Shown here: one piece after another, positions 25,625-34,814 of the stretch
How the letters are laid out: the number at the start of each line of letters is the position of its first letter
How positions within the stretch are numbered: the first letter of the stretch is position 1
Assembly (NCBI GenBank): GCA_020341875.1
Contig: CP070839.1
Span: 2,253,300-2,288,713 of the forward strand
Origin: Candidatus Zixiibacteriota bacterium
GTDB lineage: Bacteria; Zixibacteria; MSB-5A5; SM1-73
DNA: 35,414 bases
Direction: 5' to 3'
The notes under the pieces: generated by a model
The model's database searches: none
What the model saw: only the letters and a program-made list of their open reading frames with translations
Told to the model about the DNA's origin: nothing
Program-made: the position numbers and the translations under genes

Positions 25625-26089
25625 ATGAAGGTCGAGAGTTTCGAAGATTTGCTGGCCTGGAGTAAGGGGAGAGAACTGGTCAACAAGATTTACTCTGTCC
25701 CCAAGAAGGAGGAATTCTGCAGGGATAAGGCGCTGGTTTACCAGATACGGCGAGCAGTGATATCCGTGATGTCAAACATATCAGAGGGCTTTGAAGGAGG
25801 CTCGAACAAAGAATTCGTCCAATTCTTGTACATTGCCAAGGCTTCCTGCGGGGAGGTCAGATGCCACATCGCCGTCGCTTCGGATCAAGGATATATTGAC
25901 AAGGACGAATTCAGAGAAATGCGCGATTTGGCAAGGGAGGTGTCAGGCATAATCGGGAATTTCATCAGGTATCTTCGCGGCTCCAGAGTGAAAGGTTCAA
26001 AGTTCAAACCCAAACCCGGCGATTTGCCACAGCAAGAGCGGGATGCAGTCGAAAGCAAGGATGAAGTCATTAAACCTTTGAACTCTTGA
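25625..26089 (+). CDS. Four-helix-bundle protein (TIGR02436 / 23S rRNA intervening-sequence protein family)
   Basis: FEDLLAW..., IRRAVISVMSNISEGF...S.KEFVQFLYIAKASCGEV... are typical of this family. Extra Lys/Pro-rich C-terminal tail. Confidence 0.75.
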   Translation: MKVESFEDLLAWSKGRELVNKIYSVPKKEEFCRDKALVYQIRRAVISVMSNISEGFEGGSNKEFVQFLYIAKASCGEVRCHIAVASDQGYIDKDEFREMRDLAREVSGIIGNFIRYLRGSRVKGSKFKPKPGDLPQQERDAVESKDEVIKPLNS

Positions 26090-26097
26090 ACAAGCTT

Positions 26098-26775
26098 ATG
26101 CAAGGCACGTTAGTCAATACAGCTACTGTAATAGTAGGTAGTTCGGTGGGGCTGCTGATCGGAGCCCGATTCTCCGAAAAGATCAGAAGCATCGTGATGC
26201 ACGCCCTGGGCCTGTCCACTCTTCTGATCGGCTTTGAGATGGCCTTGAAGACGGACAATATACTCTTTGTCATCGGGAGTCTTGCTCTCGGCGGGATTAT
26301 TGGTGAGTTGCTCAAGGTTGAGGAGGGCCTGGAGAGCCTGGGAGAGTTCCTCAAGAGAAAAGTGAAGTCGCGCTCAGGTAACTTTGTCCTGGGGTTCGTT
26401 ACTTCCAGCTTGGTCTTCTGCATCGGCCCCATGACCGTCGTGGGTTCTATCCAGGATGGGGTAAGCGGCGATGCCAGTGTGCTTTATGCCAAATCTCTCT
26501 TGGACGGTTTCGCCTCGATTGTCTTCGCCTCAAGCCTGGGGATCGGCGTCATTTTCTCCGCACTGACCGTGCTCATCTTTCAGGGTGGTCTAACCCTGCT
26601 GGGGGGAAAACTGTCATTTCTTCTGCGACCTGAAATTCTGGATGAGTTGATAGCCACCGGAGGTCTGATCATTGTTGGAATCGGGTTCTACCTTCTGGGC
26701 ATCAAACGAATAAAGGTGGGCAACTTCCTGCCGGCTTTGGCAGTGGCGGTGGTTCTGGCCCTGCTGTTCAAGTAG
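26098..26775 (+). CDS. DUF554 (YqgA/YdfK-like) membrane protein
   Basis: GTLVNTATVIVGSSVGLLIG...LGLSTLLIG and multiple hydrophobic segments. ATG 26098 preferred over the track start TTG 26086. Confidence 0.7.
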   Translation: MQGTLVNTATVIVGSSVGLLIGARFSEKIRSIVMHALGLSTLLIGFEMALKTDNILFVIGSLALGGIIGELLKVEEGLESLGEFLKRKVKSRSGNFVLGFVTSSLVFCIGPMTVVGSIQDGVSGDASVLYAKSLLDGFASIVFASSLGIGVIFSALTVLIFQGGLTLLGGKLSFLLRPEILDELIATGGLIIVGIGFYLLGIKRIKVGNFLPALAVAVVLALLFK

Positions 26776-26847
26776 ATCAAAATAAGAGCAATCTTCAGTT
26801 TTCGGTCTATCGTATAACAGAAAACCTTCTTTCAGGGAGGGCTTTTC

Positions 26848-27939
26848 ATGTCAGCAATGACCTCAGATGCGAGAATCTTGGATTTAAGACCTGAGTCTAT
26901 CCGGGAAAAACTAGGAAGCAAAAGCAAGACATGCCTTCTTAACTCTCATGATATCTTCAGAGTTCTGAAGGATGAACAGGTCATCGTGATGGCCTGCAAC
27001 GCCCGCATAAAACACGTGGTACCGGGAATAATGCGTGCGGCCGAGGCACTGGACGCGGTGGTGGGGCTTGAACTGGCGAAAACCGAAGGCGGTGTGGAAG
27101 GCGGTTACACCGGCCAGACTCCCCAGATTTTCTTTGAGACCGTTATAGGGTATGCCGAAACGGCCAACTTCTCCAAGCCGTTTTTCATCCACGGCGATCA
27201 TACCACGGTAAAGGACACTACTCCGGAAGCTTTTCAGTCTGCAGAAGAACAGATAAAGGCCGAGATCAAGGCCGGCTACACGTCAATAGCCATCGATGCC
27301 TCTTTCAACGAGCTGGAGGATAACATCGGCATAACCAGCCGGCTGGCCGCACTCATCTCTCCGTACGGGTTGGGCCTGGAGGTAGAGGTGGGGGAGGTGA
27401 AGTCTGCCGGGCAGGAGGCGGAGCTGACGACCGTGGAAGAAGCCACCGGCTTCATCGACGGGCTAGCAGAGAATGGCGTCCATCCCGATCTTCTGGCCAT
27501 CAACAACGGCTCGAAACACGGGAATTACCTAGAAGGCGAGGAAGTTTCTATCGATCTAGAGAGAACCAGGCAGATTTTCGATGCCATCAGGCCCAAAGGA
27601 CTCTGCATAGCCCAGCACGGAATCACCGGAACCCCTCTGAGCATTGTAGGCAAATTCGCCGATTATGGAATCCGTAAAGGGAATGTGGGCACGGAATGGC
27701 AAAACGTCGCCCACCGGTTTCTGCCCCAGGATCTCTTCGATCTGATGAAGAGATGGGCCAGGGAGAATGAGAAAGACATCAAGTTTGCCACCAGGGAGTT
27801 CAAGAAGGAAATAGATGCCATCCCTCAGAAGAACGCCGGGCAGATCGAACAGGAGGCCTACCAGGTGGCCTGCTCCTTCATAAGCGCTTTCCGGGCAGAG
27901 AATTCTGCAAGCGTGGTCAAGAAGAAGCTCGTCGGATGA
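26848..27939 (+). CDS. fba: Class II ketose-bisphosphate aldolase (fructose-bisphosphate aldolase family, PF01116)
   Basis: FIHGDHTT, SIAIDASF, LEVEVGEV and NNGSKHGNY blocks in the family order. AGGGAGG SD. Confidence 0.7.
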   Translation: MSAMTSDARILDLRPESIREKLGSKSKTCLLNSHDIFRVLKDEQVIVMACNARIKHVVPGIMRAAEALDAVVGLELAKTEGGVEGGYTGQTPQIFFETVIGYAETANFSKPFFIHGDHTTVKDTTPEAFQSAEEQIKAEIKAGYTSIAIDASFNELEDNIGITSRLAALISPYGLGLEVEVGEVKSAGQEAELTTVEEATGFIDGLAENGVHPDLLAINNGSKHGNYLEGEEVSIDLERTRQIFDAIRPKGLCIAQHGITGTPLSIVGKFADYGIRKGNVGTEWQNVAHRFLPQDLFDLMKRWARENEKDIKFATREFKKEIDAIPQKNAGQIEQEAYQVACSFISAFRAENSASVVKKKLVG

Positions 27940-28086
27940 ACTTCTCACAAGGACGTGCCTTCAATACGGGCCCAGCAAGAGTGGCCGGTGAATTGAGCAA
28001 AAGTCGAGCAGCCTGTAAAGACTCTGGGAGTATGCTCCAAAATTAGACAATATGGTAAGATAACCGCGCGCGGTGGTTAAAAACGC

Positions 28087-28114
28087 TTGACAAATTAAGT
28101 TCTTAACATATATT
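28087..28114 (+). promoter_or_regulatory. Sigma70-like promoter upstream of the porU-like gene
   Basis: TTGACA (28087-28092), 16-nt spacer, TATATT (28109-28114). Implies a leader of about 275 nt. Confidence 0.5.
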
Positions 28115-28396
28115 GTTAGCCAACATAACAAGAGGTAAGCCTATAGGAAAAACAGTTAAAGGGTTTGTTTCGTGCTCGCTTGACACCGGAGGCACGCATC
28201 TTGTGTGCTAAGGCGAAAAGGTGGACCCGGACAACGCCGAGACGTTAGCGCCGGGTTTCTGTCAAGTTCTATGAGAGAGTCAAACCGAAAGCCCTTTGAC
28301 TGGACAGGCTGTAGGCGTCTTGGTCGAGTTGTTCCCGCCGCCGGGCTTCTGCCCGGGGGTCCTCGTGGCTTTGGAACCGGCTCGGCTTTCTTGTTT

Positions 28397-31300
28397 ATGA
28401 AGGGTCTGCTTTTCTCCAGAATCTTCAGGCTCGGAATAATTCTTCCCGCCTTACTGTGTCTGAGCCTACAAGCCAATTCCTCGTTTGCCTCAGAATACGA
28501 TGATCTTGAGATCCTGCAGTCGGATCAGGAAGGGATCATCTTCAGGTATCTGGTTCCTGATTTCTCGCGGAGCACGATTGAGCTTCAGGGAAAGTCTTTT
28601 GACCTTTTCAATATCCCCAAGTGCTGCCTATCTGACATTCCGGGAAACCCTCAACTGCCGGTAAGAAAGGTAATAGTTGCTGTTCCGCCGGAGGCGGAAT
28701 TGAGGGTGGAAGTCTTAGAAGATGAAGGTACTGAACTACCTGGTATAGACTTAGCTTTTGCTCTGACGGCCGAGCCGGACGATGAAAGTCCAGTGGGCTA
28801 CCGCCCCGTCCCCATGAAGCCCGAGCGCGTGCTGAATCAGTACTATCCCGCCGGAATTGTCTCTTTCGACTCTTCGGCTTTCCTGAGAGATCAGAGGATA
28901 GTGGAGTTGGAGATCTTTCCGATCCAGTATAATCCCTCCAGAAAAAGCGTCAGGTATCGCTCTCGGATCACAGTCAGGATCAACTTCACCGGAGGCAGGG
29001 GGGGAACTTTCAAATCCGGAAGGGACCCCTTTGAGAGGATCTATCAGAACGTCTTGCTGAATTATGAGGAGTCGAAGGGCTGGCGGAGACCTCCTCGGAC
29101 CAAGGGTTTATTGAAGCAGCCCGGCACAATCTATCCCTTTGGTTACTCCGAGGACTGGTACAAGGCGGTAGTACGCGAAAACGGCATATACAGAATAGAC
29201 CGAGCCATGCTGATGCAGGCTGGGGCTCCGGTCACCTCTATCGATCCGCGGACCCTGCGGATGTTCTCCGGCGGGGGCAAGATGCTGCCTTTGGACAGTC
29301 ATCATCCATTCCTCGAGTTCGAGGAGATGGCCATATTCGTGTCGGGGGAGGAAGACGGCCAGTTCAATGCCGACGATTTCATCCTTTTCTTCGGCTGGTC
29401 CACCAACGACTGGGAATACGATGCCTTCGGAAAAGCCATAGACTTTCATACCAATCCATATACCGATGACAACGTGTTCTGGCTGACTTTCGATCCCATA
29501 CCTTCGCTTCCCGATCCCAAACGGATGCAGATCAAGGATGGCAGCCTGGTGGAGCAGAATCCGTTTGTTCCGACGAAATTCAAGTCAAGAATCCACGCCG
29601 AACAGGACAATACCCTGAGGAAGTCTTCGGCCGGATACGTTATAGACTATTTCAACTGGTATTGGACCGAGGTCTCATCGACTCAGATGTTTGTGAGTCT
29701 GCCCGGAGGGCTGGCTCAGGATACCGTTCTGATAAAGCTGAAGCATACCGGCTCTTCTCCCAGTTTGTGGGTGAACGGTGAACCGGCTGAAGTCATAGAT
29801 TCGCTCTCCTCCGGCTTCCTGACGGTCGCCAGGAGCTTCGGCTTCCGCGGCGGTCTGGTGGACACTCTGGATATCTCCTTCCCTGGGGCCGCCTTTTTGG
29901 ACTGGTACGAGATAGAGTACTTCCGTCGGTTTGAGTGCCACGACAGGCAGCTTCTCTTTGAAAGCCCGGCGATTTCAGGGGTGACACAGTACGAGATCTC
30001 CAACCTATTCTCCTCCGGGGCATTCTTGTTTGACCTGACCGATTATTTCGAGGTCAAGAAGTTCGGAGGATTGGAGATAGATGGAGAATTTGCCAGATTT
30101 CAGGATCTGGTGTCGGCGGATACCACGACCAGATATCTGCTGGTGGACGAAAGTAAGATCAAGGTCCCGGCGCTGTTCTTCCGGGATGAGAGCTCCCATC
30201 TGAGAGAGGCTTCGAACCGGGCAGATTTCCTGATCATCACCCACTCCGATTTCCACGATCAGGCCCAGAGCCTGAGGAGCTTCCGGGAGACGTACGACCA
30301 GATCTCGGCCACGGTGATCGAAGTTCAGGACGTGTACGACGAGTTCTCCGGCGGTCTTTCTGATCCCACGGCCATTAGGGATTTTCTGAAATTCGCCTAT
30401 CAAAGCTGGGAAGAGCCGGCCCCAGCATTCGTCCTCCTGCTGGGAGACGGTAACTACGATTACAAGAATAACCTGGGTACGGGTGCGGTCAACGTCATCC
30501 CCCCCTTCGCCGCCGACCCATCCATCTCCGACGACTTGTACGTGTGGTGGGGAGACACTCTGGGTATGGTTATCAGCCGACTGCCGGTAAGGTCAACCAG
30601 GGAAGCGGAAGTGGTTGTGGACAAGATCGTATCCTATGAGGAAGAACCGGAATTTGGACCCTGGCGAAATTCGATCACCTTAGTCGCCGACGACGAATGG
30701 GAAGGCCCGGGCGAGCTTGACGGGCTGTGGAGGTTTCATACCAGGGACACCGAGATCCTGGCAAAATCTCACGTTCCATCCTCCTTCAATGTTTCCAAGA
30801 TATACCTGATGGAGTATCCCTTCGATTATAAGGGGGAGAAACCGCAGGCGGAGGACGCGGTGGTCAATGCCTTCAACTCCGGCACCCTTATCATCAACTT
30901 CATCGGGCACGGCAATCCAGACGTGTGGGCGCATGAGCGGGTGTTCAAGCGCAGTCAAGACATTGCTCGCCTCAGGAATAAGCGAAAACTCCCCCTGGTC
31001 TACACGGCCTCCTGCAGTATCGGATTCTTCTTCAGTCCTTTCAGTGAAGGAATGGCAGAGGAGTTCGTGAGGGCCGAAGACAAAGGAGCTATTGCCACTA
31101 TCTCCGCTACCTGGAACGTGTGGCCCACACCCAACGCCGAGTTGAATTTCAAAGTTTATGATCTTCTCCTGAGCGGCGATACCCTCTCCATCGGCGAGGC
31201 GCTCTTCATTGCCAAGATCCTGAGAGGGCTGGACGGTAACGATCGCAAGTACGTGCTTTTCGGTGATCCGGCCATGAAGCTGGGAGCACCTGACCTTGAG

Positions 31301-32353
31301 GTGGAGCTAACCGAGGTTACTCCAGACACCCTGTCCGCCCTGAGCTTGGTGCAGGTAAAAGGAGAGGTCCAGGACTCGGAAGGTGCCCTGATCACGGATT
31401 TTGACGGAATCGCCAAGGTGACCGCCTTCGACTCGGAGAGCAGGAGAGCTCACGTGATACCCACTCAGCCCAGCCCCAGCACGGTCAACTATGACATGCC
31501 GGGCCCGCTTATGTTTAAGGGGGATGCCAAAGCGGAGGGAGGAGAGTTCCAGGCGAGTTTTGTGGTACCCAAGGACATAAGTTACGGAGGCAACACCGGA
31601 AGAGTCAGAGTCTATCTTGAAGGGCAAGATCAGGATGGCGTGGGCGTCCACGATTCACTTGTGATCAGGGGCTCCGACACCACGGTGATAGACACGGTGG
31701 GGCCTGAGATATCGGTGAGGTTCGATGATCGAGTCGGATTTACCCAGGGGGAGACCATCCTGCCCAACTCGATTTTACGCCTGTCGATTTCTGACCAACA
31801 CGGCATAAACATAACCGGGGAGGTGGGCCACGGGATCACCCTGGTGGTCGACGATGATTTTGCCAACCAGACCGACCTCACCGGCAGCTTCGAGTACGAT
31901 CTGGGAGATCACCGGCGGGGCTCGGCCTCGCATGAGCTGCCCTCCCTGGCGGAAGGTGATCACGTCCTGAGCCTCAAGGCGTGGGACAATGCCAACAACT
32001 CCTCGGTTTTTTCCGCCAGCGTCAAGGTGAGCGCCCAAAGGGAGTTCGAGCTGACCGAGGTGATGAACCACCCCAACCCGTTCTCGAACCTGACCAATTT
32101 CTACTATTACCTCTCGCAGGACGCTGATCGGGTGCAGATAAAGATATTCAGCTTAGCCGGAAGGTTGATTAAGCACATCCCGTATGCTTCCTCCCGCACG
32201 GGGGTCAACTTCTCCTCCACCTGGGACGGCAGGGATGAGGAGGGAGACCAGGTTGCCAATGGTGTATATATATACAAGGTCATAGCAGAGGGCGTGGTAG
32301 ACGGAGAACGGAAGATGAAGGAATCTTTGGGAAAGGCGGTAGTGGTGAAATGA
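28397..32353 (+). CDS. porU: Gingipain-family (C25) peptidase with T9SS-type C-terminal domain; PorU-like T9SS signal peptidase candidate
   Basis: Start placed at ATG 28397 because of the signal peptide MKGLLFSRIFRLGIILPALLCLSLQA; no SD is visible. C25 blocks ADFLIITHSDF, LLLGDGNYDY, FIGHGN (His) and YTASCSIG (Cys). C-terminal FlgD-Ig/T9SS-like domain NHPNPFSN.TNFYY...IKIFSLAGRLI...WDGRDEEGDQVANGVYIYKV. Immediately followed by a PorV-like gene, matching the porU-porV arrangement in Bacteroidota. Confidence 0.75.
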   Translation: MKGLLFSRIFRLGIILPALLCLSLQANSSFASEYDDLEILQSDQEGIIFRYLVPDFSRSTIELQGKSFDLFNIPKCCLSDIPGNPQLPVRKVIVAVPPEAELRVEVLEDEGTELPGIDLAFALTAEPDDESPVGYRPVPMKPERVLNQYYPAGIVSFDSSAFLRDQRIVELEIFPIQYNPSRKSVRYRSRITVRINFTGGRGGTFKSGRDPFERIYQNVLLNYEESKGWRRPPRTKGLLKQPGTIYPFGYSEDWYKAVVRENGIYRIDRAMLMQAGAPVTSIDPRTLRMFSGGGKMLPLDSHHPFLEFEEMAIFVSGEEDGQFNADDFILFFGWSTNDWEYDAFGKAIDFHTNPYTDDNVFWLTFDPIPSLPDPKRMQIKDGSLVEQNPFVPTKFKSRIHAEQDNTLRKSSAGYVIDYFNWYWTEVSSTQMFVSLPGGLAQDTVLIKLKHTGSSPSLWVNGEPAEVIDSLSSGFLTVARSFGFRGGLVDTLDISFPGAAFLDWYEIEYFRRFECHDRQLLFESPAISGVTQYEISNLFSSGAFLFDLTDYFEVKKFGGLEIDGEFARFQDLVSADTTTRYLLVDESKIKVPALFFRDESSHLREASNRADFLIITHSDFHDQAQSLRSFRETYDQISATVIEVQDVYDEFSGGLSDPTAIRDFLKFAYQSWEEPAPAFVLLLGDGNYDYKNNLGTGAVNVIPPFAADPSISDDLYVWWGDTLGMVISRLPVRSTREAEVVVDKIVSYEEEPEFGPWRNSITLVADDEWEGPGELDGLWRFHTRDTEILAKSHVPSSFNVSKIYLMEYPFDYKGEKPQAEDAVVNAFNSGTLIINFIGHGNPDVWAHERVFKRSQDIARLRNKRKLPLVYTASCSIGFFFSPFSEGMAEEFVRAEDKGAIATISATWNVWPTPNAELNFKVYDLLLSGDTLSIGEALFIAKILRGLDGNDRKYVLFGDPAMKLGAPDLEVELTEVTPDTLSALSLVQVKGEVQDSEGALITDFDGIAKVTAFDSESRRAHVIPTQPSPSTVNYDMPGPLMFKGDAKAEGGEFQASFVVPKDISYGGNTGRVRVYLEGQDQDGVGVHDSLVIRGSDTTVIDTVGPEISVRFDDRVGFTQGETILPNSILRLSISDQHGINITGEVGHGITLVVDDDFANQTDLTGSFEYDLGDHRRGSASHELPSLAEGDHVLSLKAWDNANNSSVFSASVKVSAQREFELTEVMNHPNPFSNLTNFYYYLSQDADRVQIKIFSLAGRLIKHIPYASSRTGVNFSSTWDGRDEEGDQVANGVYIYKVIAEGVVDGERKMKESLGKAVVVK

Positions 32354-32550
32354 CAGGCCGTGAGCCTGCCGCAGTGGAAAAGGCCTTCAGCCGATATCAG
32401 TTATCTTTAAAGGTTTTTTGCCGATTTTAGAGGAGAAGCCTTGATGTTGCGCAAATCAGAGCAGTCAGCAAAGCTTGATCCCGGATTCAGTCCGGCAGAT
32501 CGTCGTTTTTTCGTCCATAACGCGAGAAAGACTGGTAAGGAGGTTTCGAG

Positions 32551-34740
32551 ATGAAGAGAGCTGTCTCTTTGTGTTTGATTCTGATCTTGACTGTATTCGC
32601 AACCAGCTCCGTCTGCCGCGCAGACGTTAGCCGTTCCGGCGTTCTGTTCCTGCGGATCGCGGCCGGGGCCAGGGCGGCCGGTATGGGTGAGGCCTTCGTG
32701 GCGATCTCGGACGATGCCACCGCCACCCACTGGAATCCGGCCGGCCTGGGAGTTTACCCTTTAACCTCAGCTTGGCTGCAGTATCCGCTACCTCTCGAGT
32801 TCGAGCCCAAGTCCATAGCCCTGCTAAGAAACGAGGTGCCGGAGTTGAACTACAAGCGATACGACGTCTGGGCCATTAGTGATCTGGACCTGTTCCGCCT
32901 GCACAGATCGAAGTGGGTTAAAGACGACCAGGCTCAATTCACCGATACCCTCACCTGCACGGCCTCGGACGGGAAGCTGTTATGGGTAGGGAGCAAGGAT
33001 GGGCTCTTCTCCTTTGACGGGAAAACATGGGAGAGATACTCTACCGAGAAAGGACTGCCTTCCAACCACATCACCGCCGTTCTCCCCATCTCCAGACGAT
33101 TGGTCTGGGTGGGGACGGATCGGGGCATTGTCAAATTCGACGGGGCCAAATGGACCGAGGTTCCGCTGGGTGACGGGGCGGGCGATCTGCAGGTGGTCGC
33201 CTTCACCAACCGTGGGGAGCGCGAGATGTGGGCCGCCACCAGAGCAAGATTGTTCAAGTTCGACGGCCAATCATGGCAGCCTCACGAGAACTACACGGTC
33301 AGAATCGGTGACAACCTGGAGAGGGTGGTGAGGAGGTTTGTGAGAAGCCGAAACGAGAAGCGGATTCTTCAGGCCCTGGAGGTGGTCAAAACCTATAACG
33401 CCATGACCGATACCGCGGTGACCCCGGGTGACACGCTTAAGCTTCCCTTTGAACTCGGGCTGAACGGACAGGTGACGGCCCTGGCTCTGGATGACCAGCA
33501 AAACCTCTGGGTGGGGACCGATCGGGGTCTGAAACGGTATACCGAAACCATGTGGCACGCCTACGGATACAAAGTCTATACTGCTGCGGAGGGAGACGAC
33601 GTCAAGGCCGCGGCGAGAAAGTTCCTGAGATCGCAGGATGAAGACAAAATCTCCAGGCTCTCCGACATGATCACAGAGTACAACAACTTGGGCCCGGACG
33701 GAAAGCTCGAGGCCGGGGAGAAGATATATGTCTACTTCAACGCCACCGGCAGTAAGATCTTGTCCGTGGCGGACGCGGGGGGAGGCAAACTCTTCGTGGG
33801 TACTCAGTACGGAACCGTGAGGTGGGACGGGGAAAGCTGGGCAAGGTATTATCATGGTGGGCTGGAAAGGGCCAGGACCAAAAGAATCATCCACAGAGAC
33901 GGCGAACTCTGGTTTGTCACTTCAGAGAAAGTGGTGATATATGCGCACGCCAAAAAAGAGATAACCTTCATGCATGCCAACTGGCTGCCCGAGCTGGCTT
34001 CGGATTTATATTATGAATATCTCTCCTACGTTCACCACATGGAGGGATGGGGTACTGTAGGCTTTAACATGACCTTTCTTTCGCTTGGGCAGAACATCCG
34101 TACCGACGAATTCGGACAAGAAAAGGGAACCTTCGACAGCTTCGAGATGGCTGTGGGCTTCTCTTACGGTACCCGGCTGAACCCCAACCTGTCTACCGGA
34201 CTCTCGGCCAAGATTATCTACAGCCACCTGGCTGATCAGGGAGCCGGGTTGGAGAAGGGGAAGGGGTCCGGATCATCCTTTGCTCTGGATGCCGGGCTTC
34301 TGTACAAGACCTTCGTCAAAAGGCTCACCCTCGGGGCCGCCCTGACCAACCTGGGTCCGAACATCGCCTATATCGACCTGAACCAGTCCGACCCCCTGCC
34401 CCGGAATCTGGCAGTCGGTTTGGCCTACCGCATCGTGGACACCCCGTTCAATCGCCTGACCGCCACCTTCGAGGTGAACAAAGAGCTGGTGGGTCTGGAC
34501 GATCCGATAGGCACGGAGTTCGACGAAGCCATAGAGAATATGGGAATCGAGTACTGGTATGGAACTTATGTTGCGTTGAGAGCCGGGTATATCTACGATC
34601 AGGCGGGAGACATCAGAACCGCTACTTTCGGAGCAGGGTTGCAGTACGGCCTCTTTCGCTTCGATTTCGCCTACATTCCCTCGTCCAAGGACCTGGCATT
34701 GGCCAACACCATGCGGTTCTCCATGACGGGAAGATTCTAA
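32551..34740 (+). CDS. porV: PorV/PorQ-like outer-membrane beta-barrel with large internal insertion (propeller-like + LysM-like repeats)
   Basis: Signal peptide followed by the PorV-type N-terminus GVLFLRIAAGARAAGMGEAFVAISDDATATHWNPAGLG. The C-terminal half alternates beta-strand patterns and ends ...MRFSMTGRF. The middle holds about 400 aa with LWVG(T/S).(D/R)GL..(F/Y)DG..W repeats and two LysM-like segments. TAAGGAGG SD. Confidence 0.7.
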   Translation: MKRAVSLCLILILTVFATSSVCRADVSRSGVLFLRIAAGARAAGMGEAFVAISDDATATHWNPAGLGVYPLTSAWLQYPLPLEFEPKSIALLRNEVPELNYKRYDVWAISDLDLFRLHRSKWVKDDQAQFTDTLTCTASDGKLLWVGSKDGLFSFDGKTWERYSTEKGLPSNHITAVLPISRRLVWVGTDRGIVKFDGAKWTEVPLGDGAGDLQVVAFTNRGEREMWAATRARLFKFDGQSWQPHENYTVRIGDNLERVVRRFVRSRNEKRILQALEVVKTYNAMTDTAVTPGDTLKLPFELGLNGQVTALALDDQQNLWVGTDRGLKRYTETMWHAYGYKVYTAAEGDDVKAAARKFLRSQDEDKISRLSDMITEYNNLGPDGKLEAGEKIYVYFNATGSKILSVADAGGGKLFVGTQYGTVRWDGESWARYYHGGLERARTKRIIHRDGELWFVTSEKVVIYAHAKKEITFMHANWLPELASDLYYEYLSYVHHMEGWGTVGFNMTFLSLGQNIRTDEFGQEKGTFDSFEMAVGFSYGTRLNPNLSTGLSAKIIYSHLADQGAGLEKGKGSGSSFALDAGLLYKTFVKRLTLGAALTNLGPNIAYIDLNQSDPLPRNLAVGLAYRIVDTPFNRLTATFEVNKELVGLDDPIGTEFDEAIENMGIEYWYGTYVALRAGYIYDQAGDIRTATFGAGLQYGLFRFDFAYIPSSKDLALANTMRFSMTGRF

Positions 34741-34773
34741 CCTGGCGGGACTTGAAAGGATAAGCCATAGTCA

Positions 34774-34801
34774 CCAGCACCTAACTTAAGTTAGGTGCTG
34801 G
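34774..34801 (+). terminator. Perfect 28-nt palindrome after the porV-like gene (possible terminator or attenuator)
   Basis: CCAGCACCTAACTT/AAGTTAGGTGCTGG form 14 bp with no designed loop. Only a weak T tail (TTCGG) follows. Confidence 0.4.
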
Positions 34802-34814
34802 TTCGGAGATTCAT

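Noticed and set aside
28205-28396. The ORF track extends the C25/porU-like gene upstream to GTG 28205 (MLRRKGGPGQRRDVSAG...).
   Set aside because: The extension is Arg/Gly/Pro-rich, has no SD and would bury the canonical signal peptide that begins at M65 (ATG 28397). I kept 28397 but flag the start as uncertain.
891-34227. Many long antisense or out-of-frame ORFs in the track overlap confident genes: 891-1298, 950-1474, 7794-8363, 9754-10215, 10909-11376, 13990-14442, 16126-16665, 16251-16766, 17350-17844, 20864-21268, 22878-23636, 24520-25278 and 33271-33894.
   Set aside because: They lie entirely within, and opposite to or out of frame with, genes that have clear family motifs. They are Arg/Pro/Ser/Gly-rich shadow frames typical of moderately GC-rich DNA and lack SD sequences.
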